Assembly (NCBI GenBank): GCA_963730185.1
Contig: CAVSQW010000015.1
Location: 704,001-768,000, forward strand
DNA length: 64,000 bases
Reading direction: 5' to 3'
From: an uncultured Gemmatimonadales bacterium
Lineage (GTDB): Bacteria > Gemmatimonadota > Gemmatimonadetes > Gemmatimonadales > GWC2-71-9
The translations under genes were made by a program, and so were the position numbers. Positions within the stretch are counted from its first letter, which is position 1. Each line of letters starts with the position of its first letter. Positions 51,121 to 60,110 of this stretch are shown in pieces. The notes below the pieces were generated by a model. The model worked only from the letters and a program-made list of their open reading frames with translations, ran no database searches and was not told where the DNA came from.

Positions 51121-52757
51121 ATGCTTCAAGTCGGTCGGGACGCTTTTCGCCGTCAGGCATGGGGGGAGGCGTGCGCGGCGCTGGCGGCGGCGGACGCCGA
51201 GCGGGCGCTGGAACCCGAGGATCTCGTGTCGCTCGGGACGGCGGCGTTTCTGGTGGGCCGCGACGACCTGAGCACCGACGCGCTCGGCCGGGCGCACCGG
51301 GAATACCTGACCCGGGGCGACTGGACCCAAGCGGCCGCGGCCGCCTTCTGGACCGCGTTCGGACTGCTCGACCGGGGCGATCACGCCCAGGCCGGCGGCT
51401 GGCTGGCGCGGGCCGGCCGGGTGCTGGACGATCACGGATGCGACTCGGTCGAGCGGGGCTACCTCCTCTTGCCGCAGGCGCTTCAGGCGGCGGGGCGGCG
51501 CGACTTCGCGGCGGCGCTCGACATCTTCGGCCGGGCGGCCGCCGTGGGGGAGCGGTTCGGTGACCGGGATCTGGTGGCGATCGCCCGCCACGGTCAAGGT
51601 CGGGCGCTGGTCGATCTCGGTCGAACCGCCGAGGGCGTGGCGCTCCTCGACGAAGCGATGGCCGCGGTGATGACGGGCGAGATCTCACCCGTCATCGCCG
51701 GCGTGGTGTACTGCTCCGTGCTGTCGGCGTGTCACGCCATCTTCGATCTTCGCCGGGCCCGCGAATGGACGGCGGCGCTCACCCGGTGGTGCGCTCGGCA
51801 GCCGGAGCTGGTTCCGTTCCGGGGTCAGTGCTTGATCCGCCGGGCCGAGGTGCTCCAGCTCCAGGGAGACTGGCCCGACGCCGTCGACGAGGCCGAACGG
51901 GCGCGTGACGTTCTCACCAGTCCGCCCGCCCGGCCGGGGGTCGGGGCGGCATGGTACCAGCTGGCGGAGCTCCGCCGGCTTCGAGGTGAGCTGGCCGAGG
52001 CCGAAGAGGCCTACCGGCAGGCGTCGATGGCCGGCCGCAAGCCGCAGCCCGGGCTCGCGCTGCTTCGACTGGCCCAGGGCCATGCCGGACGTCGCCGGCC
52101 GCGGCCATCCGCCGGGTGCTCGGCGAGGCCGCGGAGCGGCGGACCCGGCCCCTCGCGCTGGCCGCGGGGGTCGAGATCCTGTTGGCGGCCGGCGAGGTGG
52201 GCGAGGCCCGGACTGCGGCCGACGAGCTGGCGGGCCTCGCGGCCGAGTTCACGGTGCCGTTTCTGGCGGCCCTGTCGGCGGGGGCCACGGGCGCGGTCCT
52301 GCTCGCGGAACACGAGCCCGGGCCGGCGCTGGCCCAGCTGCGGGACGCCTCGGCGGCGTGGCAGGAGCTCGACGCGCCGTATGACGCAGCCCGGATTCGG
52401 GTGCTGATCGGCCTGGCCTGCCGGGCGCTCCACGACAAGGACACCTGCGGGATGGAGCTCGAGGCGGCGGGTCAGGTCTTCCGAGCGCTCGGGGCCAAGC
52501 CGGATCTGGCCCGGGTCGAGGCGCTGGCTCGCCCGCCGACCCGGGCGGCCGACGGTCCCCTTACCGGACGGGAGCGGGAGGTGCTCCGGCTCATCGCCAC
52601 GGGCAAGACCAACCGGGCGATCGCGGAGGCCCTGGTAATCAGCGAGAAGACCGTCGCCCGCCACGTCAGCAACATCTTCGTCAAGCTGGGGCTGAATTCC
52701 CGCGCGGCGGCCACGGCGTACGCCTACGAGCACGGCCTGAACCCCCCGTCTACATAG
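51121..52757 (+). CDS. TPR-like + LuxR HTH transcriptional regulator, apparent frameshift near 52085-52100
   Basis: The helical N-region is in one frame. The LuxR HTH ([33 protein letters not shown]) is in another. Confidence 0.85.
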
Positions 52758-52885
52758 AATTACCCATCCCTCCAAGTCTCGCGGGCATACCTACTTCGCC
52801 CGATGCGGGGCGGGTGCGGCGGCCCTAGGTTGACTGGCGTCGGCCGGGCGGCACGACGGCCGCTGACCCAACCAGGAGGGCCGGG

Positions 52886-54030
52886 ATGACTAGAGGCGTG
52901 GAGCGGACTCAGACGATCGTGATCGGCGGAGGCCAGGCTGGACTCTCCGTCGCCTACCATTTGACCGGGCGCGGGCTGCCGTGCCTGGTGCTGGACGCCA
53001 ATCCCCGGATCGGCGACGCCTGGCGGAACCGCTGGGACTCGCTCCGGCTCTTCACCCCGGCCCGGTACGACGGGCTCGACGGCTTTCCCTTTCCCGCCGC
53101 GCCGCACTACTTCCCGACCAAAGACGAGATGGCGGACTACCTGGAGGATTACGCCGGGCGGTTCTCGCTGCCGGTGCGGAGCGGGGTGCGGGTGGACCGG
53201 CTGTCGCGAGCGACGACGGGGCTACCTGGTCGAGGCGGGCGACCAGCGGTTCGAGGCCGACAACGTCGTCGTCGCGATGTCGAGCTATCAGCGGCCGCGG
53301 GTCCCGTCCTCGGCGGGCGAGCTCGATCCCGGGATCGTGCAGGTCCACGCGGGCGACTACCGGGGCCCGTCGCAGCTTCGAGACGGCGGGGTGCTGGTGG
53401 TGGGCGCGGGCAACTCGGGGGCCGACATCGCGATGGAGCTGGCGGGCGAGCATCCCGTCTGGCTCTCGGGGCGCGACGTCGGGCAGCTGCCCTTCCGGAT
53501 CGGCGGTGGCTGCGGGCGGCACTTCCTGGTGCACCTGGTGCTGCGCGTGGTGTTCCACCGGGTGCTGACGGTTCGGACGCCGATGGGCCGGAAGCTGCGG
53601 CCGAAGGTGCTCTCCCAGGGCGGGCCCCTGATCCGGGTCAAGTCGCGCGACCTGGAGGCCGCGGGGGTGCGCCGGGCGCCCAGGACGGCCGGGGTGCGCG
53701 ACGGCCGGCCCGTGCTCGAGGGCGGGGAGGTGCCCGACGTGCCGAACGTCGTCTGGTGCACCGGGTTCGCGCCGGACTTCGAGCTGGATCGAGCTTCCGG
53801 TCTTCGGCGATCACGAGCCCGAGCACGAAAGCGGCCTGGTGCCGAGTGCGCCCGGGCTCTACTTCGTCGGGCTCAACTTCCTGGACTCGATGACGTCGTC
53901 GATGGTGCACGGGGCCGGACGGGACGCGGCGCGGATCGCGGACCGGGTGGCCGCCCGGATGGCCGAGCGGGCGACGGAGGCCGAGCCTCGCACGGCGGCG
54001 TTGAGCCTGGCCGACAGCCTGTCCCGATAG
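52886..54030 (+). CDS. Flavin-containing monooxygenase-like oxidoreductase, two apparent frameshifts (about 53215 and 53781)
   Basis: GGGQAG..WRNRWDSLRLFTP, VVGAGNSG/WCTGF and GLYFVGL fall in three successive frames. Confidence 0.82.
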
Positions 54031-54104
54031 CGGCCCCGGTGCGGTGCCGTCAGGCCGGTGTCGGCCGACCGCACGAGGGCCTGCGCGACCTTCCTGGTCG
54101 ATGC

Positions 54105-54128
54105 TGAGTTAGCTAAGTTGCTAACTCA
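54105..54128. promoter_or_regulatory. Palindromic operator upstream of the ArsR gene
   Basis: TGAGTTAGC-TAAGTT-GCTAACTCA, a perfect 9-bp inverted repeat ending at the ATG. Confidence 0.7.
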
Positions 54129-54445
54129 TGCCTGCCGCCCTTCAGGTTCTTACCGCGCTCGCCAGCGACAAGCGGCTCGAGATCCTCCGATGGCTGGAGG
54201 ATCCGATCCGCTTCTTCCCGGCTCAGGTCGACGGTGACCTGGAGACCGACGGCGTCTGCTCGGTGCTGATCGCGCGGCGCCTGAAGGTCAGTGAGCCCAC
54301 CACCTCCCGTCACATGAAGATCCTGCTCGAGGCCGGCCTGGTGCGAGCGAAGCCGGTCAAGCAGTGGACCTTCTATCGCCGTGACGAGCGGGGCATCGAA
54401 CGAGCCCGGGCGCAGATCGCGCGGGCCTTGAAAGGAGCCGGATGA
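54128..54445 (+). CDS. ArsR/SmtB-family regulator
   Basis: Motifs ALASDKRLEIL, VSEPTTSRHMKIL..AGLV and WTFY. Confidence 0.88.
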   Translation: MPAALQVLTALASDKRLEILRWLEDPIRFFPAQVDGDLETDGVCSVLIARRLKVSEPTTSRHMKILLEAGLVRAKPVKQWTFYRRDERGIERARAQIARALKGAG

Positions 54446-54446
54446 G

Positions 54447-54920
54447 ATGAGCGAGACGTCGCCCGAGGCCCGCCTGAGCGCGCTCGGCCTCACGCTGCCC
54501 ACGGTCGGGAAGGCCGCGGGGAACTTCGTGCCGTTCGTCCGGACTGGGAACCTGCTGTTCGTCTCGGGCCAGGTCGCGATCGGTCCGGACGGCCCGGTGG
54601 TGGGCCGGGTGGGCGAGGCCGTCTCCGAGGCCGACGCGAAGGCCGCCGCCCGCCTGGCGGGCCTCGGGGTCCTGGCCGTGGCGAAGCTGGCGCTGGGATC
54701 CCTGGACCGGGTGAGCCGGGTGGTCAAGCTGAACGGCTACGTCAACGCGGTGCCCGGGTTTGGCGCGCAGCCGGCGGTAGTCAACGGCTGCTCGGACCTG
54801 ATGGTCGAGGTGTTCGGTGAGCGGGGCCGCCACGCGCGGGCCGCCGTCGGCGCCGGGAGTCTGCCGTTCAACGTGCCGGTGGAGATCGAGGCGGTCCTCG
54901 AGGTCGGGAGCGAGGGGTGA
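54447..54920 (+). CDS. Rid-family (YjgF/RidA) imine deaminase
   Basis: Motifs LFVSGQ, NGCSDL..VFGERGRHARAAVG..LP and VEIE. Confidence 0.9.
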   Translation: MSETSPEARLSALGLTLPTVGKAAGNFVPFVRTGNLLFVSGQVAIGPDGPVVGRVGEAVSEADAKAAARLAGLGVLAVAKLALGSLDRVSRVVKLNGYVNAVPGFGAQPAVVNGCSDLMVEVFGERGRHARAAVGAGSLPFNVPVEIEAVLEVGSEG

Positions 54921-55858
54921 GCGGACCAGGCGGTCCGACCGTGTCACGGGCCGGGATCGCCCGGGTCCATCCGATCATCGCGGGGCACGTCCGGCGGACG
55001 CCGGTGCTCGAGGTGACGGCCGCGGATCTCGGCTTCGAGGCCGGCGCCGTCACCTTGAAGCTGGAGACCACGCAACGGGCCGGCTCCTTCAAGGCCCGGG
55101 GCGCCTTCACCCACCTGCTCACCCGTCAGGTGCCGGCCGCGGGGGTCGCCGCGGCCTCGGGCGGCAATCACGGCGCGGCGGTCGCGTTCGCCGCGGGCCA
55201 GCTGGGGGTTCCGGCGCGGATCTTCGTGCCGCGGACCTCGTCCGAGCTCAAGCTCGAGCGGATCCGCCGAGCCGGCGCGTCGGTGGTCGTGGACGGCGAG
55301 GAGTACGCCGACGCGCTGGCCCGGTCGGAGGCCTGGGTCCGTGACTCGGGCGCGATGGTCGTCCATGCCTTCGATCAACCCGAGACCATCCTCGGCCAGG
55401 GCACGCTCGCGCTGGAGCTCGAGGAACAGGTGCCCAATCTCGACACGGTTCTGGTGGGCGTGGGCGGCGGCGGGCTGATCTCCGGTATCGCGACTTGGTT
55501 CGAGGGCCGCTGTCGGATCGTCGGGGTCGAGCCGGAGCGCGCCCCAACGTTGACCCACGCGCTCGCGGCCGGCCGGCCGGTCGACGCGCCCACCGACAGC
55601 CTGGCGCGCTCGCTGGCGCCCAAGCGGGTGGGTGAGCTGGTTTTCCCGATCGCGGCCCGGTACGTAGAGCGCACCATCCTGGTGAGCGACGAGGAGATCC
55701 TCCAGGCTCAGCGAAGGCTCTGGGATGCGACCAGGATCTGGCCCGAGCCCGAGGCGGCGGCGGCGCTCGCCGCGCTCGCCAGCGGGCGGTATCGGCCGGC
55801 GCCCGACGAGCGGGTGGTGGTGGTCGTGAGCGGCGGCAACGCCGTGATGGAGGCCTAG
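54917..55858 (+). CDS. PLP-dependent threonine/serine dehydratase family
   Basis: Motifs KLE..Q.AGSFKARG, ASGGNHG, GQGT, GGGGLI and SGGN. Confidence 0.9.
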   Translation: MSGPGGPTVSRAGIARVHPIIAGHVRRTPVLEVTAADLGFEAGAVTLKLETTQRAGSFKARGAFTHLLTRQVPAAGVAAASGGNHGAAVAFAAGQLGVPARIFVPRTSSELKLERIRRAGASVVVDGEEYADALARSEAWVRDSGAMVVHAFDQPETILGQGTLALELEEQVPNLDTVLVGVGGGGLISGIATWFEGRCRIVGVEPERAPTLTHALAAGRPVDAPTDSLARSLAPKRVGELVFPIAARYVERTILVSDEEILQAQRRLWDATRIWPEPEAAAALAALASGRYRPAPDERVVVVVSGGNAVMEA

Positions 55859-56373
55859 GCGCGGCCCTCGGTGTCGCGGAGCTGGGTCGAGAGCGCGTCG
55901 AGGTAGCGCTGCATCGTGTGGGTCGGGCTGAAGAAGAACCGGCCGACCAGGCGGAAGATCGGGTTCCGGACGAAGCCGGCCTCGGTGATGGTGAGCCGGG
56001 TTGCCGTGCCGGCAGGCTCGAGCTCCCAGGTCCAGGTCCCACCGAACGGGAGCCCGTCATCCACCACGCGCACCACCTGTCGCGAGGGCGGCGTCTGCGA
56101 CACGACCTCATAGGGCGTCTTCCCCTGTCGGCTCACCTCGACGAAGCGTACAGAACCTGGACCGTCGGGCGCCATCTCGACGGCCTCGACCTCCGGCCGC
56201 CAGCTCGCGGTGGCGGCGAAGTCGGAGATCAGCGCCCAGACCCGCTCGGGCGGCGCCGGAAGCTCGGCCGTGACCTGGGCGACGTGGTCGCGGGGCAGGA
56301 GGCTTCCGATCAGGGCCGCTACCACCGGCAGCCCGATCACCACGGCGGCCGCGACCAGGAGGAGTGGTGTCAT
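55855..56373 (-). CDS. SRPBCC/polyketide cyclase-family protein with N-terminal TM
   Basis: Motifs LP..H, APPERVW..ISD..WRP and FGGTWTWEL..TRLTITE.G. Confidence 0.8.
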   Translation of the reverse strand: MTPLLLVAAAVVIGLPVVAALIGSLLPRDHVAQVTAELPAPPERVWALISDFAATASWRPEVEAVEMAPDGPGSVRFVEVSRQGKTPYEVVSQTPPSRQVVRVVDDGLPFGGTWTWELEPAGTATRLTITEAGFVRNPIFRLVGRFFFSPTHTMQRYLDALSTQLRDTEGRA

Positions 56374-56840
56374 TCGGCGTCGTCCCATCGGGTCGGCTCC
56401 TTCTGGTTGAGCGCCCGGGCGGCTTGGGCCAGGAGGGCCAGCCCCTCGGCCGCGCGGGCGCGATCGGCGGCCGGCAGCTGGGCCAGCATCCGACGGACCC
56501 GCTCCCGGTCGAGCACGCTGGAGCCGGCCAGCACCTCGGCGCCCCGGTCGGTCAGGAAGAGGTCGTGTCGCCGGCGGTCGCCCTCCACCGGCCGGCGGGA
56601 GACGCACCCCAGCCGTTCGAGGCGGTGGACCGCCTCGGAGACGGTCGAGGGGCTCATCGCCAGGTGCTTGGCGAGGCGGCCAGGGGAGGTAGGGGACGTC
56701 CGGCTCAGGTGTCCCAGGATCCATTCGTCCCGAACATTGAGCCGCTGCCGGCCGCTCCGGGTCCGGGGGTGCTGCCGGTGGCAGGCGTGGTAGACCTGCG
56801 GGTACGCCGTGATGACGGCGAGCACGTGATCGTCGACCAT
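56370..56840 (-). CDS. MarR-family regulator
   Basis: LAKHLAMSPSTVSEAVHRLE..G.V.R...DRR...LTDRG. Confidence 0.88.
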   Translation of the reverse strand: MVDDHVLAVITAYPQVYHACHRQHPRTRSGRQRLNVRDEWILGHLSRTSPTSPGRLAKHLAMSPSTVSEAVHRLERLGCVSRRPVEGDRRRHDLFLTDRGAEVLAGSSVLDRERVRRMLAQLPAADRARAAEGLALLAQAARALNQKEPTRWDDAE

Positions 56841-56866
56841 GGGCGACCAGAGTAGCGGTCGACCCG

Positions 56867-56888
56867 ATAGTTCGTCAAATCGAACGAT
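56867..56888. promoter_or_regulatory. Palindromic operator upstream of the marR-like gene
   Basis: ATAGTTCG-TCAAAT-CGAACGAT (7 of 8 positions match as an inverted repeat), 26 nt upstream of the start codon. Confidence 0.55.
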
Positions 56889-56959
56889 CCGGGGTGCCGG
56901 TGGGCGCAGGGCGCGCGGCGATTGCCTCGGGCCGAGATTGGGGTGATCTTTGGCGTCCG

Positions 56960-57042
56960 GCCCGAGTGGCGGAATGGCAGACGCAGCGGACTCAAAATCC
57001 GCCGGGGGCAACCCCGTGCGAGTTCGACTCTCGCCTCGGGCA
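56960..57042 (+). tRNA. tRNA-Leu(CAA)
   Basis: Acceptor stem GCCCGAG/CTCGGGC plus A. Anticodon arm GCGGA-CTCAAAA-TCCGC, long variable arm GGGG-CAA-CCCC and T arm GCGAG-TTCGACT-CTCGC. CCA is not encoded. Confidence 0.96.
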
Positions 57043-57387
57043 TTTCCTCCCGCCCCGCACCCGATCTACCCGCGTCAGAGCCCGCCCAGCACCCGGCGGG
57101 CTCCGTCGCATTCCCCCTCCGCCGCCTGAATCGCCACTCGGGCCGCGTCAGCGCGCGTTGCGCATTAGCGCTCGCGGCCAGGACGGTCTGCACCGCGGTG
57201 CGCGCGGCCGCGGCCTTGGCCAGCGATGCGGCTTCGGCTCGGCCCGCCTCCTCCAATCCCGCCAGGCGCTCCAGCGGGCCGACCCGCGGGCCGCGAACCG
57301 CTTATCCTAAGTAGCATCGCTCCCGACCCTCTGAAGTCCGCCGATGGGCGAGGCCGAACGGATCACGATTGAAGGCGGTGACCTGGC

Positions 57388-57765
57388 TTGGCGGGCGCCG
57401 GCGTCGCCCTGGTCACCTTTGCGCTTGCGGTCCTGGTCGCGCCGGGGCGCGCGATCGGCGCGGTTCCCCTCGGTGCCTTCGCCGGCGTGGCGCTGGTGGG
57501 GGGTGGCTTCGGGCTGATCGTGGGGCCGGTCGTGGCGTGGACGCTGCTTCGCCGGGTGCCTCTGGGCCGCGCGGTCCTGATCCCCACCATCGGCGCGGCA
57601 ATCGGATCGGCGTTAGGCCTCGCGTTGGCGCCGCTCTCGCCCTTGGCGGTGCTCGGCGCCGGGCTGGCGGGTCTCTTCCTCGGAGCCTGGCGCGAGCGCC
57701 GCCGGTTTCCGGCCGGAACGGGCTCCGCCGCGATTCGAATCGAGAGCGACGGGGACCGGCGATAG
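57388..57765 (+). CDS. Hypothetical multi-TM membrane protein (start uncertain)
   Basis: Gly/Ala-rich hydrophobic helices and the motif AWTLLRRVPLGRA. Confidence 0.55.
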   Translation: MAGAGVALVTFALAVLVAPGRAIGAVPLGAFAGVALVGGGFGLIVGPVVAWTLLRRVPLGRAVLIPTIGAAIGSALGLALAPLSPLAVLGAGLAGLFLGAWRERRRFPAGTGSAAIRIESDGDRR

Positions 57766-57835
57766 CTCACCCGCGAGGTCCACCGGCGAAGTGGCTGGCG
57801 CGGGGAGGGCCCCATCTCGGGTGAAGGAGGGGGAC

Positions 57836-58555
57836 GTGCGACCGCGGCGAATCGGCGTGATCGGCGGTGTGGGTCCGGCGGCCACCGTGCTCTACTATCG
57901 ACTCCTGATCGAGGGACTCCTGGCCCGGTCGGCGGGACGGGTCGGGGGCGAGGTCGTAATCGACAGCCTCGATCTCCAGCAGTTCGAGCGCTGGTTCCAG
58001 CGACGGGACGAGGAGGCGCTCGCCGAGCGAGTTGGGCGGGCGGTGGAGGGACTGGCGCAGGCGGGGTGCGACAGCGTGGTGATGGCGTGTAACTCGATGC
58101 ACGTGGTCTATGACCGGGTCGCCGCGGGCGCAACGGTGCCGATCGTCCCTCTGATCGATGTGGTGGCCGACGAGGCCGAGCGGCGGGGACTCAGCCGACT
58201 GGGGCTGCTCGCCGCCACCTTCACCGTCCGGACCGGCCTCTACGCCGGCGCGCTGGCCGCCCGGGGCATCGAGTGTCTGGTGCCGCCCGATCCGGAGCAG
58301 GCGTGGCTCATGAAGGCCATTCTGGAGGATTTCCAGCGGCCGGTCGTGTCGGACGCCGCGATGGCCCGGCTGCTCGACCTCGCGCGGGCGCTCGCGGCTC
58401 GCGGGGCGGAAGCGATCGCGCTGGGATGCACGGATCTGCCCGCCGGGTTCGAGGTCATCAGCCCGATCCCGGTGCTCGACGGCGCCCGCCTCCACGTCGA
58501 GGCGGTGCTGGATCTGGCGCCGGCTTCGGACCCCGACCCAGCCGGCGGCGCCTAA
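57836..58555 (+). CDS. Aspartate/glutamate racemase family
   Basis: AAGGAGG RBS and GTG start. IGVIGGVGP.AT..YY and two catalytic Cys motifs, ACNS and GCTD. Confidence 0.9.
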   Translation: MRPRRIGVIGGVGPAATVLYYRLLIEGLLARSAGRVGGEVVIDSLDLQQFERWFQRRDEEALAERVGRAVEGLAQAGCDSVVMACNSMHVVYDRVAAGATVPIVPLIDVVADEAERRGLSRLGLLAATFTVRTGLYAGALAARGIECLVPPDPEQAWLMKAILEDFQRPVVSDAAMARLLDLARALAARGAEAIALGCTDLPAGFEVISPIPVLDGARLHVEAVLDLAPASDPDPAGGA

Positions 58556-58597
58556 CGCTCGATCGGAGGGCGCCCGCCGGGGGTCATCGGGCCGTCG

Positions 58598-59989
58598 CTA
58601 TGGCCGTCGCTTCCCCTCGAACGTCGCCCCGCCTTGCCGCAGGCTCACGCCCGTTGCCTTCCCATTCTCGACCGTAAAGCCGATTCTCGCCTCCTCGACG
58701 TTGGGGATGCCGAAGGTGTGGTTGCCGTAGGGAATCAGCTCGAACGGCGTCTGACCGGGCGCGTGGATCTGGGCGAAGAGCGCGCCGTCCTTCTCGGTCA
58801 CACTGAACTGGCGAGCTCCACCCGGCAGCCCGAGGTCGTACTCCCCGACGTAGCGGGCCCGGTCGGCCGCGGTGAGGGTCACTCGCTTGGGCGGCTCGGG
58901 CAGGGGGAGGCCAAGGGCGACCATCGCGACCTTGCGAAACAAGGGGCCGGGGTTGTTGGAGCCGGTGTTGGTGAGCACGGTCACCGAGGTGTGAGACCCC
59001 GGAAACCAGGCGTTCTCGGAGAGAAAGCCGTTGATGCCGCCGTTGTGGGCGATCATGATGTGGCCTTCGAGGTCGCCGCGCGAGAGGGCGAAGCCGTAGT
59101 GAACCGCCCCCTTGTCGGCCGCGCCCTCGGGTGTCGTCATCGCGGCGTACGACGCGGCGCTCACCACCTTGCCCTCGTGCAGGAGCTGATCCCAGCGGGC
59201 CAGGTCGACGACCGTGGAGCAGAGCGCGCCGGCCGCGTAGGGCTGGGACATCTCCAGGAAGGCCGCGTTTTTGAATCCGGCGCTGTCCGGCTCGTAGCCT
59301 TTGGCGCGCCGGGGAATGATCCGCCGGACGTCGCACCACCGGGTGTCCGGCAGGCCCAGCGGCTCGGTGAACCGGGTCCGGATGTTGTCCGCCCAGCTCT
59401 TGCCGGTGACCTTCTCGATCAGCATGCCGAGGACGACGTAGCCGCTGTTGTCGTAGGACCATTTGGTGCCCGGCTCGAAGTCCAGCGGCTTGTCGGCGGT
59501 GAGCGCCACCAGCGTGTCGGGCGGCATCACCTCGCCCCACCGGCGCATCCAGCTCTGGCCGAGGGAGGTATAGCTCGGGACGCCCGAGGTGTGGTTGAGC
59601 AGCTCGCGTACCGTCACCCGCTTCCAGGCCTCGGGCAGCGAGGACAGGTAGGTGCCGATCGAGTCGTCGAGCTTGATCCGGCCGTGCTCGACTTCCTGCA
59701 TGACCGCCGATGCGGTGAACTGCTTGGTAACCGAGCCGATCTCGTAAACGGTCCGGTCGGTCGCCCGGACGTCGTTCTCGAGGTCGGCGAAGCCCCAGCC
59801 GCCGCCCACCAGCACGTTGCCGTCGCGGGTGACCTCGATCGACACGCCGGGGGATCCGTGCTTGGCGATCCAGTCCCGGGCGAGCGAGTCGACCTGCGCG
59901 GACACCACGCTGGCCGGGGGTAGGGACTGGGCGGCGAGCGCGGCGGGGCCGAGCCCGAGCAGAGCGACCAGCATGACGGGACGAGACAT
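58598..59989 (-). CDS. Secreted serine hydrolase, beta-lactamase/D-peptidase family
   Basis: Signal peptide, SVTK (SxxK), LLNHTSG, YDN and HNGG. Confidence 0.9.
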   Translation of the reverse strand: MSRPVMLVALLGLGPAALAAQSLPPASVVSAQVDSLARDWIAKHGSPGVSIEVTRDGNVLVGGGWGFADLENDVRATDRTVYEIGSVTKQFTASAVMQEVEHGRIKLDDSIGTYLSSLPEAWKRVTVRELLNHTSGVPSYTSLGQSWMRRWGEVMPPDTLVALTADKPLDFEPGTKWSYDNSGYVVLGMLIEKVTGKSWADNIRTRFTEPLGLPDTRWCDVRRIIPRRAKGYEPDSAGFKNAAFLEMSQPYAAGALCSTVVDLARWDQLLHEGKVVSAASYAAMTTPEGAADKGAVHYGFALSRGDLEGHIMIAHNGGINGFLSENAWFPGSHTSVTVLTNTGSNNPGPLFRKVAMVALGLPLPEPPKRVTLTAADRARYVGEYDLGLPGGARQFSVTEKDGALFAQIHAPGQTPFELIPYGNHTFGIPNVEEARIGFTVENGKATGVSLRQGGATFEGKRRP

Positions 59990-60110
59990 CGTTGGGCTCC
60001 TGGAGGGATCTTCGCAAGGTAGCCGGAGCGTGGCGGGCTGGGGAGATGCCCGCTCGCCGTCGGCCGGATCTGGGATACCGGAGATTGCGCGCGCCGTCGG
60101 CAGGGCTCGA

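Noticed and set aside
52080..53790. Programmed ribosomal frameshifting in the LuxR and flavoprotein genes
   Set aside because: There are no slippery heptamers at the junctions. Clustered indels are better explained by sequence error.
56924..57042. tRNA-Leu as an integration site (GCCTCGGGC occurs at about 56924 and at the tRNA 3' end)
   Set aside because: The match is only 9 nt and GC-rich. There is no integrase, and I saw no longer att duplicate in the window.
57043..57387. Ala-rich minus-strand ORF or gene remnant downstream of the tRNA
   Set aside because: It has no recognisable motif and the ORF runs through the tRNA. Left unassigned.
46855..59989. Beta-lactamase-family genes as antibiotic resistance determinants
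   Set aside because: Their HTG/HNG third motifs and C-terminal extensions fit general serine hydrolases or D-peptidases, and there is no mobile context.
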